From positions 3,647 to 67,646 of IMG/VR virus record IMGVR_UViG_3300021060_000007: 64,000 nt of DNA; one strand, 5' to 3'. Below, piece after piece: positions 27,855 to 37,439 of the stretch. The notes beneath the pieces are model-generated. The model did no database searches. It worked only from the letters and a program-made list of their open reading frames with translations, and was not told the DNA's origin. Position numbers and translations under genes: made by a program. Position 1 is the stretch's first letter. Every line of letters begins with the position of its first letter. Source of the stretch: a virus. Its lineage: Duplodnaviria > Caudoviricetes.

Positions 27855-28441
27855 TGGCGAACACCTCCGCGACGGGTGGCGCGCTGCTGCCCTTGTCCGG
27901 GGCGGTGCCCGCCGATCTCGAGTTCGACGTCGTCCTCGGGCGCCTCGTGCGCGACATCACGGGCTTGGCGCCCGGCATGGTGCGCCCGCGCTGGCAAGAA
28001 AAGCCGCCCCAGGCGCCGCCGAAGGACACGAACTGGTGCGCCATCGGCGTGATGCGCACGACGGCCGACGGCGGGTCCCGCGCCTCCATCATCCACAACC
28101 CGGAGGGCGAGGGGACCGACACCCTCCGGCGCTACGAGATGCTTGAGGTGATGGCCTCGTTCTACGGGCCGGGTGCCGGGGGCCTCGCCGCGCTCCTCCG
28201 TGACGGCCTCGCTCTCCCGCAGAACCGCGAGCCCTTGTTCTTCGCCCACGCCGCCCTCGTCGACGTTGGGCCGAACATCAACGCCCCGTCCCTCGTCAAC
28301 ACGACCTTCCAGCGCCGCCAGGACATCACGTTCCGCATCCGGCGCCGCATCGACCGCACCTACGCCGTTCGCAACCTCGTCGAGGCCGAAGGCGCCTTCC
28401 GCACCGAACCCCACGACCAGACTTGGTCCACGGAGAACTAG
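27854..28441 (+). CDS. Tail terminator/neck protein
   Basis: VRPRWQ..PP..P...NWCAIG, ASFYGP, R.DIT...RR. Confidence 0.8.
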   Translation: MANTSATGGALLPLSGAVPADLEFDVVLGRLVRDITGLAPGMVRPRWQEKPPQAPPKDTNWCAIGVMRTTADGGSRASIIHNPEGEGTDTLRRYEMLEVMASFYGPGAGGLAALLRDGLALPQNREPLFFAHAALVDVGPNINAPSLVNTTFQRRQDITFRIRRRIDRTYAVRNLVEAEGAFRTEPHDQTWSTEN

Positions 28442-28445
28442 GCCC

Positions 28446-29924
28446 ATGGCATCCGGTCTTCCCGTCAGCGACGTGGTCAACGTCAGCGTCAGCATCTCGC
28501 CGGTCGCGGCGCCCACGCGCAACTTCGGTGCGGCGCTCATCGTGGGCCCCAGCGCGGTCATCGACACGGTGGAGCGCATCCGCGCCTATCCGAACCTCGC
28601 CGGGGTGACGGGCGACTTCCCGACCAACTCGCCGGAGTACCAGGCTGCGGCCCGCCACTTCGGCCAGTCGCCGCAGCCCAACATCGTCTACATCGGCCGC
28701 TTCGCCCAGACCGACACCGCCGGCTCGCTGCGCGGTGGCGTGCTGACGAGCTTCGAGCGGCTGATCACCAATTTCACGGCCATCACCGCTGGGTCGATGA
28801 AGATCAGCGTCGATGGCAGCGAGAAGACGCTGACGGCCCTGAACTTCTCCGGCGCGACCAACCTCAATGGGGTGGCCGCCATCATTGATACCGCGCTCAC
28901 CGGCGCCACAGTGGTGTGGAACGCCAACATCGGCCGGTTCGAGGTGACGAGCGGGTCCACGGGCGCATCCTCGACGCTGTCGTATGCCAGCCCGACCGGA
29001 TCCGGCACCGACATCTCCGGCCTGCTGAAGCTGACCTCCGCCACCGCCTCGGCGCCCGTCGGCGGCATCGTCGCCGAGACGCTGGTCCAGGCGCTCGCCG
29101 CCCTCGCGGACCGGTCCGGTGACTGGTACGCCGCGATCCTCGCCGCCACGGGCGTGCAGAACTCCGACACGCTCGCCGCGGCCGCCTTCATCGAGGCCCA
29201 GGGCAAGAAGCGCATCTTCGGTCTGACGCTCAACGACACCAGCGTGATCGACCCCACCTCGACCACGGACCTCGGCTCGCTGCTGAAGACGGCCAACCTG
29301 CGCCGGACCTTCTCGCAGTACGCCAGCGTCAGCCCCTACGCCGTCGCCTCGTTCTTCGGCCGGGCCGCGACCATCAACTTCCAGGGCTCAAACACGACCC
29401 TCACCATGAAATTCAAGCAGGAGCCCGGCGTCGTCGCCGAGACCCTGACCGAGACCCAGGCCCGGACCCTGAAGGCGAAGGGCGTCAACGTCTTCGTGAA
29501 CTACGACAACGCCACGGCCATCCTCCAGGAAGGCACGATGGCCGACGGGTCGTTCTTCGACGAGGTCCAGGGTCTCGACTGGCTGGAGAACGACATCCAG
29601 ACCGCCCTCTACAACACGCTGTTGACCCAGCCGAAGGTCTCCCAGACCGACGCGGGCATGCACCTCCTCAAGACCGTGATCGAGGGGCGCCTGACCCAGG
29701 CCGTGACCAACGGCCTCGTCGCGCCCGGCATCTGGAACGCGGGCGGCTTCGGCGCCCTGAAGACCGGCGACGCCCTCGATACCGGGTTCTACGTCTACTG
29801 CATGCCGGTCGCGCTGCAGTCCCAGGCGGACCGCGAGGCCCGCAAGTCGGTTCCCATGCAGGTCGCCGTGAAGCTCGCCGGTGCGGTCCATTCCGTGGAC
29901 GTCCTGATCTCCGTCAATCGCTAA
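28446..29924 (+). CDS. Tail sheath protein (DUF3383)
   Basis: [49 protein letters not shown]. Confidence 0.9.
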   Translation: MASGLPVSDVVNVSVSISPVAAPTRNFGAALIVGPSAVIDTVERIRAYPNLAGVTGDFPTNSPEYQAAARHFGQSPQPNIVYIGRFAQTDTAGSLRGGVLTSFERLITNFTAITAGSMKISVDGSEKTLTALNFSGATNLNGVAAIIDTALTGATVVWNANIGRFEVTSGSTGASSTLSYASPTGSGTDISGLLKLTSATASAPVGGIVAETLVQALAALADRSGDWYAAILAATGVQNSDTLAAAAFIEAQGKKRIFGLTLNDTSVIDPTSTTDLGSLLKTANLRRTFSQYASVSPYAVASFFGRAATINFQGSNTTLTMKFKQEPGVVAETLTETQARTLKAKGVNVFVNYDNATAILQEGTMADGSFFDEVQGLDWLENDIQTALYNTLLTQPKVSQTDAGMHLLKTVIEGRLTQAVTNGLVAPGIWNAGGFGALKTGDALDTGFYVYCMPVALQSQADREARKSVPMQVAVKLAGAVHSVDVLISVNR

Positions 29925-29938
29925 TCGAGGTCTGATCG

Positions 29939-30403
29939 ATGTCCGACAACGGCACTTACGGCTCCTATTCGTTCGCGGACTTCCAGGCCGCCATCGACGC
30001 CCCCAACGGCACGTTCTCGCTCTCCGAGGGCGGCATCGCCGACGAGGGCATCACCATCGCCATGCGCGACCCGAAAAACACGATGGTGTCGGGCGCAGAC
30101 GGCTCGGTGATGCACTCCCTACGCGTCGCCAGCACCGGTACCATCACCATCCGCGTCCAGAAGACCGGCGTGCTCAACGCACTGCTGATGGACCTCTACA
30201 ACTTCCAAACCACGTCTTCGGCCTTCCACGGTCGCAACGTGATCAGCGCGAGCAACCCGGTGGCCGGCGACAGCTTCACGGCCCGCGCCTGCGCTTTCCA
30301 GAAGCTCCCGGACAACGTGAACGCCACCGAGGGCGGGATGCAGGAATGGGTCTTCGACTGCGGGCACATCTCGCAGAAGCTCGGGACGGGTCTTGCGTTC
30401 TAA
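29939..30403 (+). CDS. Tail tube protein (DUF3277-like)
   Basis: YSF.D..A.I, EGITI, GADG.VMHS, EW.FDC. Confidence 0.9.
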   Translation: MSDNGTYGSYSFADFQAAIDAPNGTFSLSEGGIADEGITIAMRDPKNTMVSGADGSVMHSLRVASTGTITIRVQKTGVLNALLMDLYNFQTTSSAFHGRNVISASNPVAGDSFTARACAFQKLPDNVNATEGGMQEWVFDCGHISQKLGTGLAF

Positions 30404-30412
30404 GGTCCGCGG

Positions 30413-30730
30413 GTGATGGCAGATGAGGCCGTTACGGCGCTCGACGTCCTGACGGCCTTCGCGCCGCTCGCCGACGACCTTGCTCCGCATATCGCGCGCA
30501 TCCGCTCCAGGCTTGCCGAGATCCAACCGCTCCCCGACGTGGACGGCCACGACCTCGCCGACTGCATGGCGCTGCGCGCGGACGGCGAGGCGATTTCGGC
30601 CATGGCCGGCATTGAGGGGCTGAGCTTCGTGATCGCCACCGTCGACGACACCGCAGGCGACCGGGCCGGGTGGTCAGCCGCGCTGCTTCAGCGGTCCTGG
30701 TCCGACCTTCCGGGATGGGGAACTCGATGA
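30413..30730 (+). CDS. Hypothetical protein
   Basis: 105-aa ORF in tail operon. Confidence 0.55.
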   Translation: MMADEAVTALDVLTAFAPLADDLAPHIARIRSRLAEIQPLPDVDGHDLADCMALRADGEAISAMAGIEGLSFVIATVDDTAGDRAGWSAALLQRSWSDLPGWGTR

Positions 30731-31386
30731 CCGACAAGGCCATCAACAGCGCGCTGCTCCAGCGCCAGATCAGGATCACGCACAGCTTCAAGCTCGGCGG
30801 CCATGACTATGAGTGCCATGGCTTGCTGCCCCTCGAACAGGTCCATCTCGCTCGGCGCTTGGCACCCCTGGTCCTCGGCGCCCTGAAGCCCGAGAGCGGC
30901 CGTGCCGTCATCCTGCAACGCCTGAGCAAGGTGGCCGGCATCGGCGCGGCGAAGGATGCCGATCCGATTTCACAGGCTGAACTGGCCGAGGCGTCGATGG
31001 AGCTCGCCACGGGCATCCTTGAGGCCGCGTCGTCCATCGACGAGGAAACGGTCAACGACATCATCCGCAAGGTGATGAAGAAGGTCTGGCGCGCAGATGA
31101 GACCGGCGCGAAACGGCAGGTCTGGTGGGACAAGCTGGACCAGCCGACCTTCCCCGACATCGACGGGTTCATGACTCTCGCCATCGTGGGTCAGTACCTC
31201 GTGGGCGAGTTCAAGGATCGCATTGCCGAATATGTCGCCTCCTTGAAGCTGCGCGCCGGCCCTGCCTTCGCTACGGCCATGAGCCAGACGCCCGCCGCGG
31301 CCCCGGCCGACGGCCCAACGATCTGGGAGAACGGTCGTCGCGTGCCGGTGCCGCCCGATGTGATGGCAGCGGCCGGGAGAGGCTAG
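30727..31386 (+). CDS. Tail assembly chaperone paralog 1
   Basis: F..GG.DY...L...EQ.HLARRLAP.V resembles the chaperone at 32687. Confidence 0.65.
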   Translation: MTDKAINSALLQRQIRITHSFKLGGHDYECHGLLPLEQVHLARRLAPLVLGALKPESGRAVILQRLSKVAGIGAAKDADPISQAELAEASMELATGILEAASSIDEETVNDIIRKVMKKVWRADETGAKRQVWWDKLDQPTFPDIDGFMTLAIVGQYLVGEFKDRIAEYVASLKLRAGPAFATAMSQTPAAAPADGPTIWENGRRVPVPPDVMAAAGRG

Positions 31387-31388
31387 GA

Positions 31389-32687
31389 ATGGCCGGCGAT
31401 CTCTACGGTGGTCCCGGGTCGGCAGAAGCCGCTTCGGCCGCCTTCGGCAACGGCCAGACGATGGAGGATGTGGCTCGCGCTGTGATCGAGGCCGAGCGGG
31501 CGCAGATCCACACGAGCGTGCCCGTGAAGGTGGTCACGGACAGCGACGGCAAGACGGTTCGGTTGCAGCCCACAGTGAAGGTGCCGCGCCGGAAGGACGA
31601 CGGCACGATGGAGTACGTTCAGCTCCCCGAAATCGAAGCCATCGTGCACCAGGCTGGCGGCGGCGACACGGCGCTCACGCTCCCAATTAAGACCGGCAAC
31701 GAGGGGTTCGTATCGTTCGGCATGGCGGCCTTCGATGCTTGGCGAGAGTCGGGTGGCGTGCAACAGGCCGTTTCCACCCGCACCCATCAGCTCTCCGATG
31801 GCATGTTCGTGCCCGGCATCAGGTCGAAGCCTCGGGACATCCCCGACATCAACACCGAGGCAGCCGAGGCCCGGTCGGACGACGGCAAGCATCGGACCAT
31901 CACTCACCCAACGAACGGGGTGAAGGTCACCGTCAACGGCGGCAAACAGGTCTTCGACGTCAACGCCAAGACGGGGCAGGTCGAGATCGTATCCAAGACC
32001 GTCACCCTGGCGGCCGGCGACGCGAAGGCCGGGCGTGGGCCTAATACCGAGAACACGACCGACCGGCATCTGAACGAAGCGTTGAAGGGCCTCAGCGCGC
32101 GCGTCGGTCAGGTGGAGAAGACCGCACATGCCCTATTCGACGTCACATCGAAGTTGCGCGAGCTGACGCAAATCCGGGTGCCCGAGGTCGCGGCGCTGTC
32201 CGGTCTCCTAAACCAGAACCCCGGCGGCCTCGACGCCATCGTGGGTGCGATTGAGGGCAAGGCGCAGGCTTACGCTCAGACGCAGATCCAGCAGGCGCTG
32301 GGCATGTTCCTCAACCCTTCCATCGGCGGTCTCGGATCGGTCCTTTCCGGCGGCATCGAGGCGCTGATTGCGGGCCTGGAGGCGCAGATCGCGAAGCTGA
32401 TCGAGATGAACCCGATCCTCGCGCGGGTCGATGACCTGCAGCGCCAAGCCGAAGCCATCCTCGCCCGCGGCGCCCGGCCGGATGTCCAGGCGGCACAACT
32501 CAAGCCGGTGCAAGACGCCCTGGCCGTCATCGCGCAGGGCAACCCCGCTGTGGCGGTTCTCCAGGGACTACAGGACCGCTTGAAGGGGCTGATGGGGCAG
32601 GCCGGGCCCGGCATCAGCTTTCTCGAGCCGCAGAAGCAGATTGCGCAGGGCGTCATCAAATCCATGCGCTTGTCGGAGGGAACCTGA
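31389..32687 (+). CDS. Baseplate spike paralog 1 (gp138/gp45-like N-terminus, long helical C-terminal extension)
   Basis: IHTSVPVKV, LQPTVK, PIK.G.EG, DAW..SGG.Q...R.H.LSDG.F.PG.RS. Confidence 0.8.
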   Translation: MAGDLYGGPGSAEAASAAFGNGQTMEDVARAVIEAERAQIHTSVPVKVVTDSDGKTVRLQPTVKVPRRKDDGTMEYVQLPEIEAIVHQAGGGDTALTLPIKTGNEGFVSFGMAAFDAWRESGGVQQAVSTRTHQLSDGMFVPGIRSKPRDIPDINTEAAEARSDDGKHRTITHPTNGVKVTVNGGKQVFDVNAKTGQVEIVSKTVTLAAGDAKAGRGPNTENTTDRHLNEALKGLSARVGQVEKTAHALFDVTSKLRELTQIRVPEVAALSGLLNQNPGGLDAIVGAIEGKAQAYAQTQIQQALGMFLNPSIGGLGSVLSGGIEALIAGLEAQIAKLIEMNPILARVDDLQRQAEAILARGARPDVQAAQLKPVQDALAVIAQGNPAVAVLQGLQDRLKGLMGQAGPGISFLEPQKQIAQGVIKSMRLSEGT

Positions 32688-33166
32688 TGCCGCCGGACAC
32701 GCAGCCTGTTCGTTTCACCATTGGCGAGGACGAGTTCCGGCACCGGCTGCTAAACGCGAAGGATGAGTTCCACTGCGCTCGGCGAGTCGCCCCCCTGGTC
32801 AAAGGCGCAGGGCTCTTCGTCACGGCCCTGGCGACGGGGAAGAGTGAAGAAGGCGATGATCTTGGCTCGCTCGCCTCCTTCACCGAGGGCGCTGCGCCGC
32901 TGCTGAAGGCCCTGTCCGCCCTGACGGACGACGATGCCGACTTCGTCATGACGAAATGCCTGAGCGTGACGGAGGCGCGGGACGGAGAGGCCTGGGCGCC
33001 GACGTGGGACCCTGCCGGGCGGACGGTCGCCCTACCGCAGTTGCGGATGAACCACATCCTGCAAATCTGCTACCAAGTCCTGCGCGAGGCCATCACGGTT
33101 TTTTTTTCACAAGCTCAATCCAGTTTGACCGAACTCGGGCTTCTGGCTCCGACTACAGCCCGGTGA
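32687..33166 (+). CDS. Tail assembly chaperone (G-type), with -1 frameshift extension to 33357
   Basis: LNAKDEFHCARRVAP, D.DFVM.KCLS; T9 slippery run at 33099-33107. Confidence 0.8.
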   Translation: MPPDTQPVRFTIGEDEFRHRLLNAKDEFHCARRVAPLVKGAGLFVTALATGKSEEGDDLGSLASFTEGAAPLLKALSALTDDDADFVMTKCLSVTEARDGEAWAPTWDPAGRTVALPQLRMNHILQICYQVLREAITVFFSQAQSSLTELGLLAPTTAR

Positions 33167-33357
33167 GGCTGCCGGACAACGAAGACTGGCTGATGCGCCC
33201 CGCGCTCGCCGACCCGCCGCTGTGTACCTACGAGGCCCTTGTCAATGGGACGCTGCGCCTCGCGGACGTCGCCAAGCTGAACGACGCCCTCTCGGCCCGC
33301 GAAGAGAACAGGGCCCGCGCGCAGAGGGCCGCCGAGGCCAACAGGAAAAGGGGCTGA
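33163..33357 (+). CDS. Post-frameshift tail chaperone segment (GT-type C-terminus)
   Basis: LPDNEDWLMRP....C.YE.L.NGTL.L.DVA.LNDAL, in the -1 frame relative to the upstream chaperone. Confidence 0.7.
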   Translation: MRLPDNEDWLMRPALADPPLCTYEALVNGTLRLADVAKLNDALSAREENRARAQRAAEANRKRG

Positions 33358-33360
33358 GCG

Positions 33361-34284
33361 TTGGCTGTCCAGTTCATCCGCGTCTGCCGGCTCACCTCCG
33401 GCGGAAACACGTGGAACCTCGACGATGCCGCGGTCGAATTTCTGGTGCGCCAGAAGACGGTCCAGATGCCGAACATCGCCGAGATCCGCGTCTACAACCT
33501 GACGGAAGACAGCCGGACCAAGCTCTGCAAGCAGAACCAGGAGATCATCCTGGAGGCGGGATACAGGGGGCGCTACAGCGCGATCTTCAAGGGGACCATC
33601 AAGCAGGGCAACCGCGGGAAGGTCAAAGGAACCGACACCTTCGTGGACCTGTTCTGCGGCGACGGGGATCAGGCCTACATCCGAGCCCAGGTGAGCAAGA
33701 CGCTGCCGGCCGGATCGACGCGCCAACAGGTCGTGGACGAGTGCCTGAAGGCGTTCGGCCCCTACGGGGTGTCGAAGGGCTTCATGTCGTCGAAGCTCGC
33801 CGGCTTCACCTTTCCGCGCCCTGTGACCCTGTTCGGCCTCGCGCGAGAGCAGATGCGCACCATCGCCAGGGACATCGGCGCGGACTGGTCGTTCCAATCG
33901 GGGCAGCTCGACGTCCTGCACAAGACCGAGGCCAAGCCCGGGGGGGAATACGTTCTGAACTCCCGCACGGGACTGATCGGCCGGGCGACGCAGACGTTTA
34001 ACGGGATCATCGTCCGGACGCTGCTCAATAACATCCAATGCGGCGGCGTGATCCGTCTGGATGAGAAGTCGATTGATCTCGCCGCACCCGACTCGACGTT
34101 CGGCTACGAGACGCCCAACAACGCGAAGCTCCCCAGCATCGCCACGGACGGACGCTACAAGGTCTATGGGATTGACCGCGTCGGCGTGATGCGCGGTCAG
34201 GACTGGTACAACATTTTGTACTGCGCTGCGGCCAACACCGATCAAAGCTATTTGCCGCGCGCGCTGCTGAACTATCAACAATAG
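33361..34284 (+). CDS. Baseplate hub paralog 1
   Basis: ILEAGY, IFKG.IKQ, PRPVTLFG.AR, LNSRTGLIG, ATDG.YKV, G..WY..L.C. Confidence 0.85.
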   Translation: MAVQFIRVCRLTSGGNTWNLDDAAVEFLVRQKTVQMPNIAEIRVYNLTEDSRTKLCKQNQEIILEAGYRGRYSAIFKGTIKQGNRGKVKGTDTFVDLFCGDGDQAYIRAQVSKTLPAGSTRQQVVDECLKAFGPYGVSKGFMSSKLAGFTFPRPVTLFGLAREQMRTIARDIGADWSFQSGQLDVLHKTEAKPGGEYVLNSRTGLIGRATQTFNGIIVRTLLNNIQCGGVIRLDEKSIDLAAPDSTFGYETPNNAKLPSIATDGRYKVYGIDRVGVMRGQDWYNILYCAAANTDQSYLPRALLNYQQ

Positions 34285-34299
34285 CCCCGGACCCGAATC

Positions 34300-36897
34300 A
34301 TGAGCGATACGATCCGGGAGTTTCTCATTGCGATCGGCTTCGCCGCCGATGAGGGCTCGCGGCGTAAGGCGGAAGATGCGCAGGCCGGGTTCGAGCGCAC
34401 CGTCACCACGTCCGACAAGCGCACGACGAAGGCGCAACTTCGTGAAGCGCTAATCCGCGGCACGACCGAGGCTAAGAGCTTCGGCGACCGGGTCCGGTAC
34501 GCGGAGAAGCTGGAGGAAATCGACAAGCGGTTCGGTGGGCTCGCCCTTCGTCGCACGCTCAGGCAGGCGGCGAAGCATGCGGAGACCGATGAGGATCGCA
34601 TCAAGTGGCTGACGCGGCTCCGCAAGGCCGAGGAAGAGCACCACCAGCGCAGCGCTGCCGGTCTGACCCGAATTGCGAGCGTGGCCGTCGGCGCCGCTCT
34701 GGCCGTGCAGGGGGCTGCCTTGGCCTTCGCCGGGTACGCGACGCAGGTGGCCGCGAAGCTCGAGGCAATGGCATACGCGTCGGATCGAACGAAGTCCTCC
34801 GTCGCGGACCTCAAGGTATTCTCGCAGGCGGTATCGCAACTCGGCGGCACGGCCGGCGGGGCGCTGAACGACCTGGAGAGCTTCGCCGAACGGCTGCGGT
34901 CCAACCCGCAGGGGTACACCGCTTTCCTGAAGAGCGTCGGCGTCGAAGCCCGGGACGCCAAAGGCAACATCCGCGGCGCGGCCGACCTCTACAAGGAGTT
35001 CCGAAAGAACGTCGGGGCCTCCAAGCCCTACGAGCAGCAGCTGCTCTACGCCCAGGAGATGGGCATCTCCGAGCAGACTTGGCGCGCCACCGACCCGGCG
35101 AAACTCGCCGCGGAAGAGGCGGCAGAGCGCGCGAAGCACGCCCGGATGGGCTTCAATCCCGACGCGGCGAAAGAGGACGCCAAGGGCCTGCAACACGCCT
35201 TCCGCGATATGTGGGATTCGATCTCCATTGTCGGGGAGAAGGCGGCGTCCAAGATCTTCGCGGACGTGGGCGGGAACCTGAAATCGTTCACGACCTTCGT
35301 GGAGCAGCACGGCGACCAGATCGCCGAGATCCTGTCGAAGGTCGCACAGATCGTGCTGGCGGTATCTCGGGCATTCCTTGAGCTCGCGACCAGCGATCGA
35401 GTGAAATCGTTCCTCGACGGGGTGCTCAACACCTTCGGGAAGGTGGACGACGCCACGGGCAAGTGGACTGCCAACACCGAGGGAATCAAGAATGCCCTAG
35501 AGGCCCTGGCGATCTTCGTGGCGACCGTGTTCGTCGCCAAGATCACCGGCGCGTTCGCCAGCATTCTGAAGGATCTGAAACCGCTCCTCTTCCTTCTGTC
35601 GCCATTCCTCGGCGCTCTGGGGTTGCCCGCGCTGGGCGCCCTGGGAATCACAGGGGCTCTGGTGGCGGGGTCGGACCCGAGCAAGGGCGTCGTGCATGGC
35701 GGCCGCCCCGACATCAATGGCAACGATCTCGGCTTGCCTGGCGTGGATGCCAACGGGAACGGAAGCTTGGGGCCGCGGAAGGCGCCGGGCGACACGCGCA
35801 GTTGGTATGAGCGAATCGCTCCCAAGTTCCTCGGGGGGAAGGATGCTCCGTCCGGGGCCGGTGGCGGGCGCGAAGATGATGGGGGCTCCGCTCCACGTGG
35901 TGACGGCACCGGCACTCGCGGGGCCGCGCCGGTCGGCAAGATGATGGCCTACGCAATGGATCAGCTTCGCAGGGAGGGCGTGCCCGAGAAGCAGCTTCGG
36001 CAATCAGCGGCACATCTCGTTGGCCAGGCCACGATGGAGTCTGGACTTGATCCCAACAAGGTTCACGACAGCGGAACCGGCTACGGCATCTATGGCGCTC
36101 GCGATCCCAAGGGATGGGGTGACTACAAAGGCGCGCGACGCAGTCAGATGGTGAAGTGGCTCGAAAAGAACGGATACGCCCGCAATTCAGCCGAAGGCCA
36201 GATGCGTTATATGGCGCACGAGGCCATGTCGGGCGGGTACGGCACGACAAAGCGCATTCTGATGGGCGAGGGGTCTGGCAACATCACCGCCGACACCAAC
36301 GCAATCACGCGCGAGTTTGAGGCGCCCGCGATCATCAATCACCGGGCAGGCGCCGTCGAGCGAGCCTTGCGCATTGGTCCAGAACAGGCGGCGCCGGCAA
36401 GCCTGGACGAAAAGCCCTCGGCCGGACTGTTGCCGAACGGGGCACCTGCTGTGCTGAAGCCTAAATCCATGCCAGATGCGCCGGGCGTGGTTATGGATCT
36501 AGATACGAGCGCATCCAAGCCCGCTCCTGAAGCATCTACGCCCCCCGCCTCGCCTGAACCCACTCAGCGAGCGCCCGACAACAAGATGACCGATCAGGCG
36601 CGGGACGCGATCGCTCGTTTCAACGACGCGTTGAAGACGCTGGACACCGGCAAGCTGCGCACGTTCGGAGAGGCGACGCAGGGATTCGATCCCGGCAAGT
36701 TCTTCGTGGCGCCCCCCGTCGGCACTGAGGGGGCGACGAACAACTCCTCGGTGAAGCATCAGACCTTCAACGGTGGAACGACGAACATCACCCAAAACGT
36801 TGCGGGCGGCGCCGACGAGGGCGCGGCAGTGTTCCGGCGGCACAAGGAAAGGCAGAACGCCGACGACGTCCGCTACGCGTCCAGCATGTTCGCTTGA
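34300..36897 (+). CDS. Tape measure protein with a phage tail lysozyme domain
   Basis: DTIREFLIAIGF N-terminus, long helical region, AAHLVGQATMESGLDP...GYGIYG...QMRYMAHE. Confidence 0.9.
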   Translation: MSDTIREFLIAIGFAADEGSRRKAEDAQAGFERTVTTSDKRTTKAQLREALIRGTTEAKSFGDRVRYAEKLEEIDKRFGGLALRRTLRQAAKHAETDEDRIKWLTRLRKAEEEHHQRSAAGLTRIASVAVGAALAVQGAALAFAGYATQVAAKLEAMAYASDRTKSSVADLKVFSQAVSQLGGTAGGALNDLESFAERLRSNPQGYTAFLKSVGVEARDAKGNIRGAADLYKEFRKNVGASKPYEQQLLYAQEMGISEQTWRATDPAKLAAEEAAERAKHARMGFNPDAAKEDAKGLQHAFRDMWDSISIVGEKAASKIFADVGGNLKSFTTFVEQHGDQIAEILSKVAQIVLAVSRAFLELATSDRVKSFLDGVLNTFGKVDDATGKWTANTEGIKNALEALAIFVATVFVAKITGAFASILKDLKPLLFLLSPFLGALGLPALGALGITGALVAGSDPSKGVVHGGRPDINGNDLGLPGVDANGNGSLGPRKAPGDTRSWYERIAPKFLGGKDAPSGAGGGREDDGGSAPRGDGTGTRGAAPVGKMMAYAMDQLRREGVPEKQLRQSAAHLVGQATMESGLDPNKVHDSGTGYGIYGARDPKGWGDYKGARRSQMVKWLEKNGYARNSAEGQMRYMAHEAMSGGYGTTKRILMGEGSGNITADTNAITREFEAPAIINHRAGAVERALRIGPEQAAPASLDEKPSAGLLPNGAPAVLKPKSMPDAPGVVMDLDTSASKPAPEASTPPASPEPTQRAPDNKMTDQARDAIARFNDALKTLDTGKLRTFGEATQGFDPGKFFVAPPVGTEGATNNSSVKHQTFNGGTTNITQNVAGGADEGAAVFRRHKERQNADDVRYASSMFA

Positions 36898-36900
36898 CGC

Positions 36901-37359
36901 TCAGTTTAACTTCTCGACGTTCTCGAACGATGGGCACATCACGCGAAAAATGGCGATCGCCTGATTATTGTCGTCGCCGCACATAGGCGTGACGGGGAAT
37001 GAGTAGGCGTTCGACCATTTGCCGCCGGCCGTGCTGAGTTTGCCCGTTTTGCAGTTGGCTTCAGCGGTGATCGGGCCAGAGGCTGCCGCCTCCCGCAGGA
37101 ACCCGTCGGCGCAGGCCGAGATGGCGGATGGCTTGGGTGAGCTTTTGCCCTCAGCTCTGCCAAGCGAGTAGTAGCAGTACGAAATCGCGTCTGGACGACT
37201 GTGTTGAGCGGTGACGCGAGCTCGGCTCGTATCAATCCCCTCAATAGCGGTGATGGTTGCCGAAGCACCCCGGCAGGTGCCGGCGTACTCAAGGGCCTGG
37301 CAGGGAACCGCCGCCAGAGATCCAACGAGAAAATAAGGGGCAATCAGAGTGGTGCGCAT
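36901..37359 (-). CDS. Secreted Cys-rich protein (moron)
   Basis: Signal-peptide-like N-terminus ending near VPCQA; 6 further Cys; antisense within the late operon. Confidence 0.7.
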   Translation of the reverse strand: MRTTLIAPYFLVGSLAAVPCQALEYAGTCRGASATITAIEGIDTSRARVTAQHSRPDAISYCYYSLGRAEGKSSPKPSAISACADGFLREAAASGPITAEANCKTGKLSTAGGKWSNAYSFPVTPMCGDDNNQAIAIFRVMCPSFENVEKLN

Positions 37360-37439
37360 GGATCGCAAGATAGGCCCCGCGCTTGTTCGCGCAACTGGCA
37401 TCGGCTACCCCAAAGCGAGGGCATGGGGAGCGTTGCAAT

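Noticed and set aside
35850-35940. Gly-rich low-complexity stretches (also 48200-48320) as repeats or ncRNA
   Set aside because: Explained by Gly-rich linkers in the tape measure and appendage proteins
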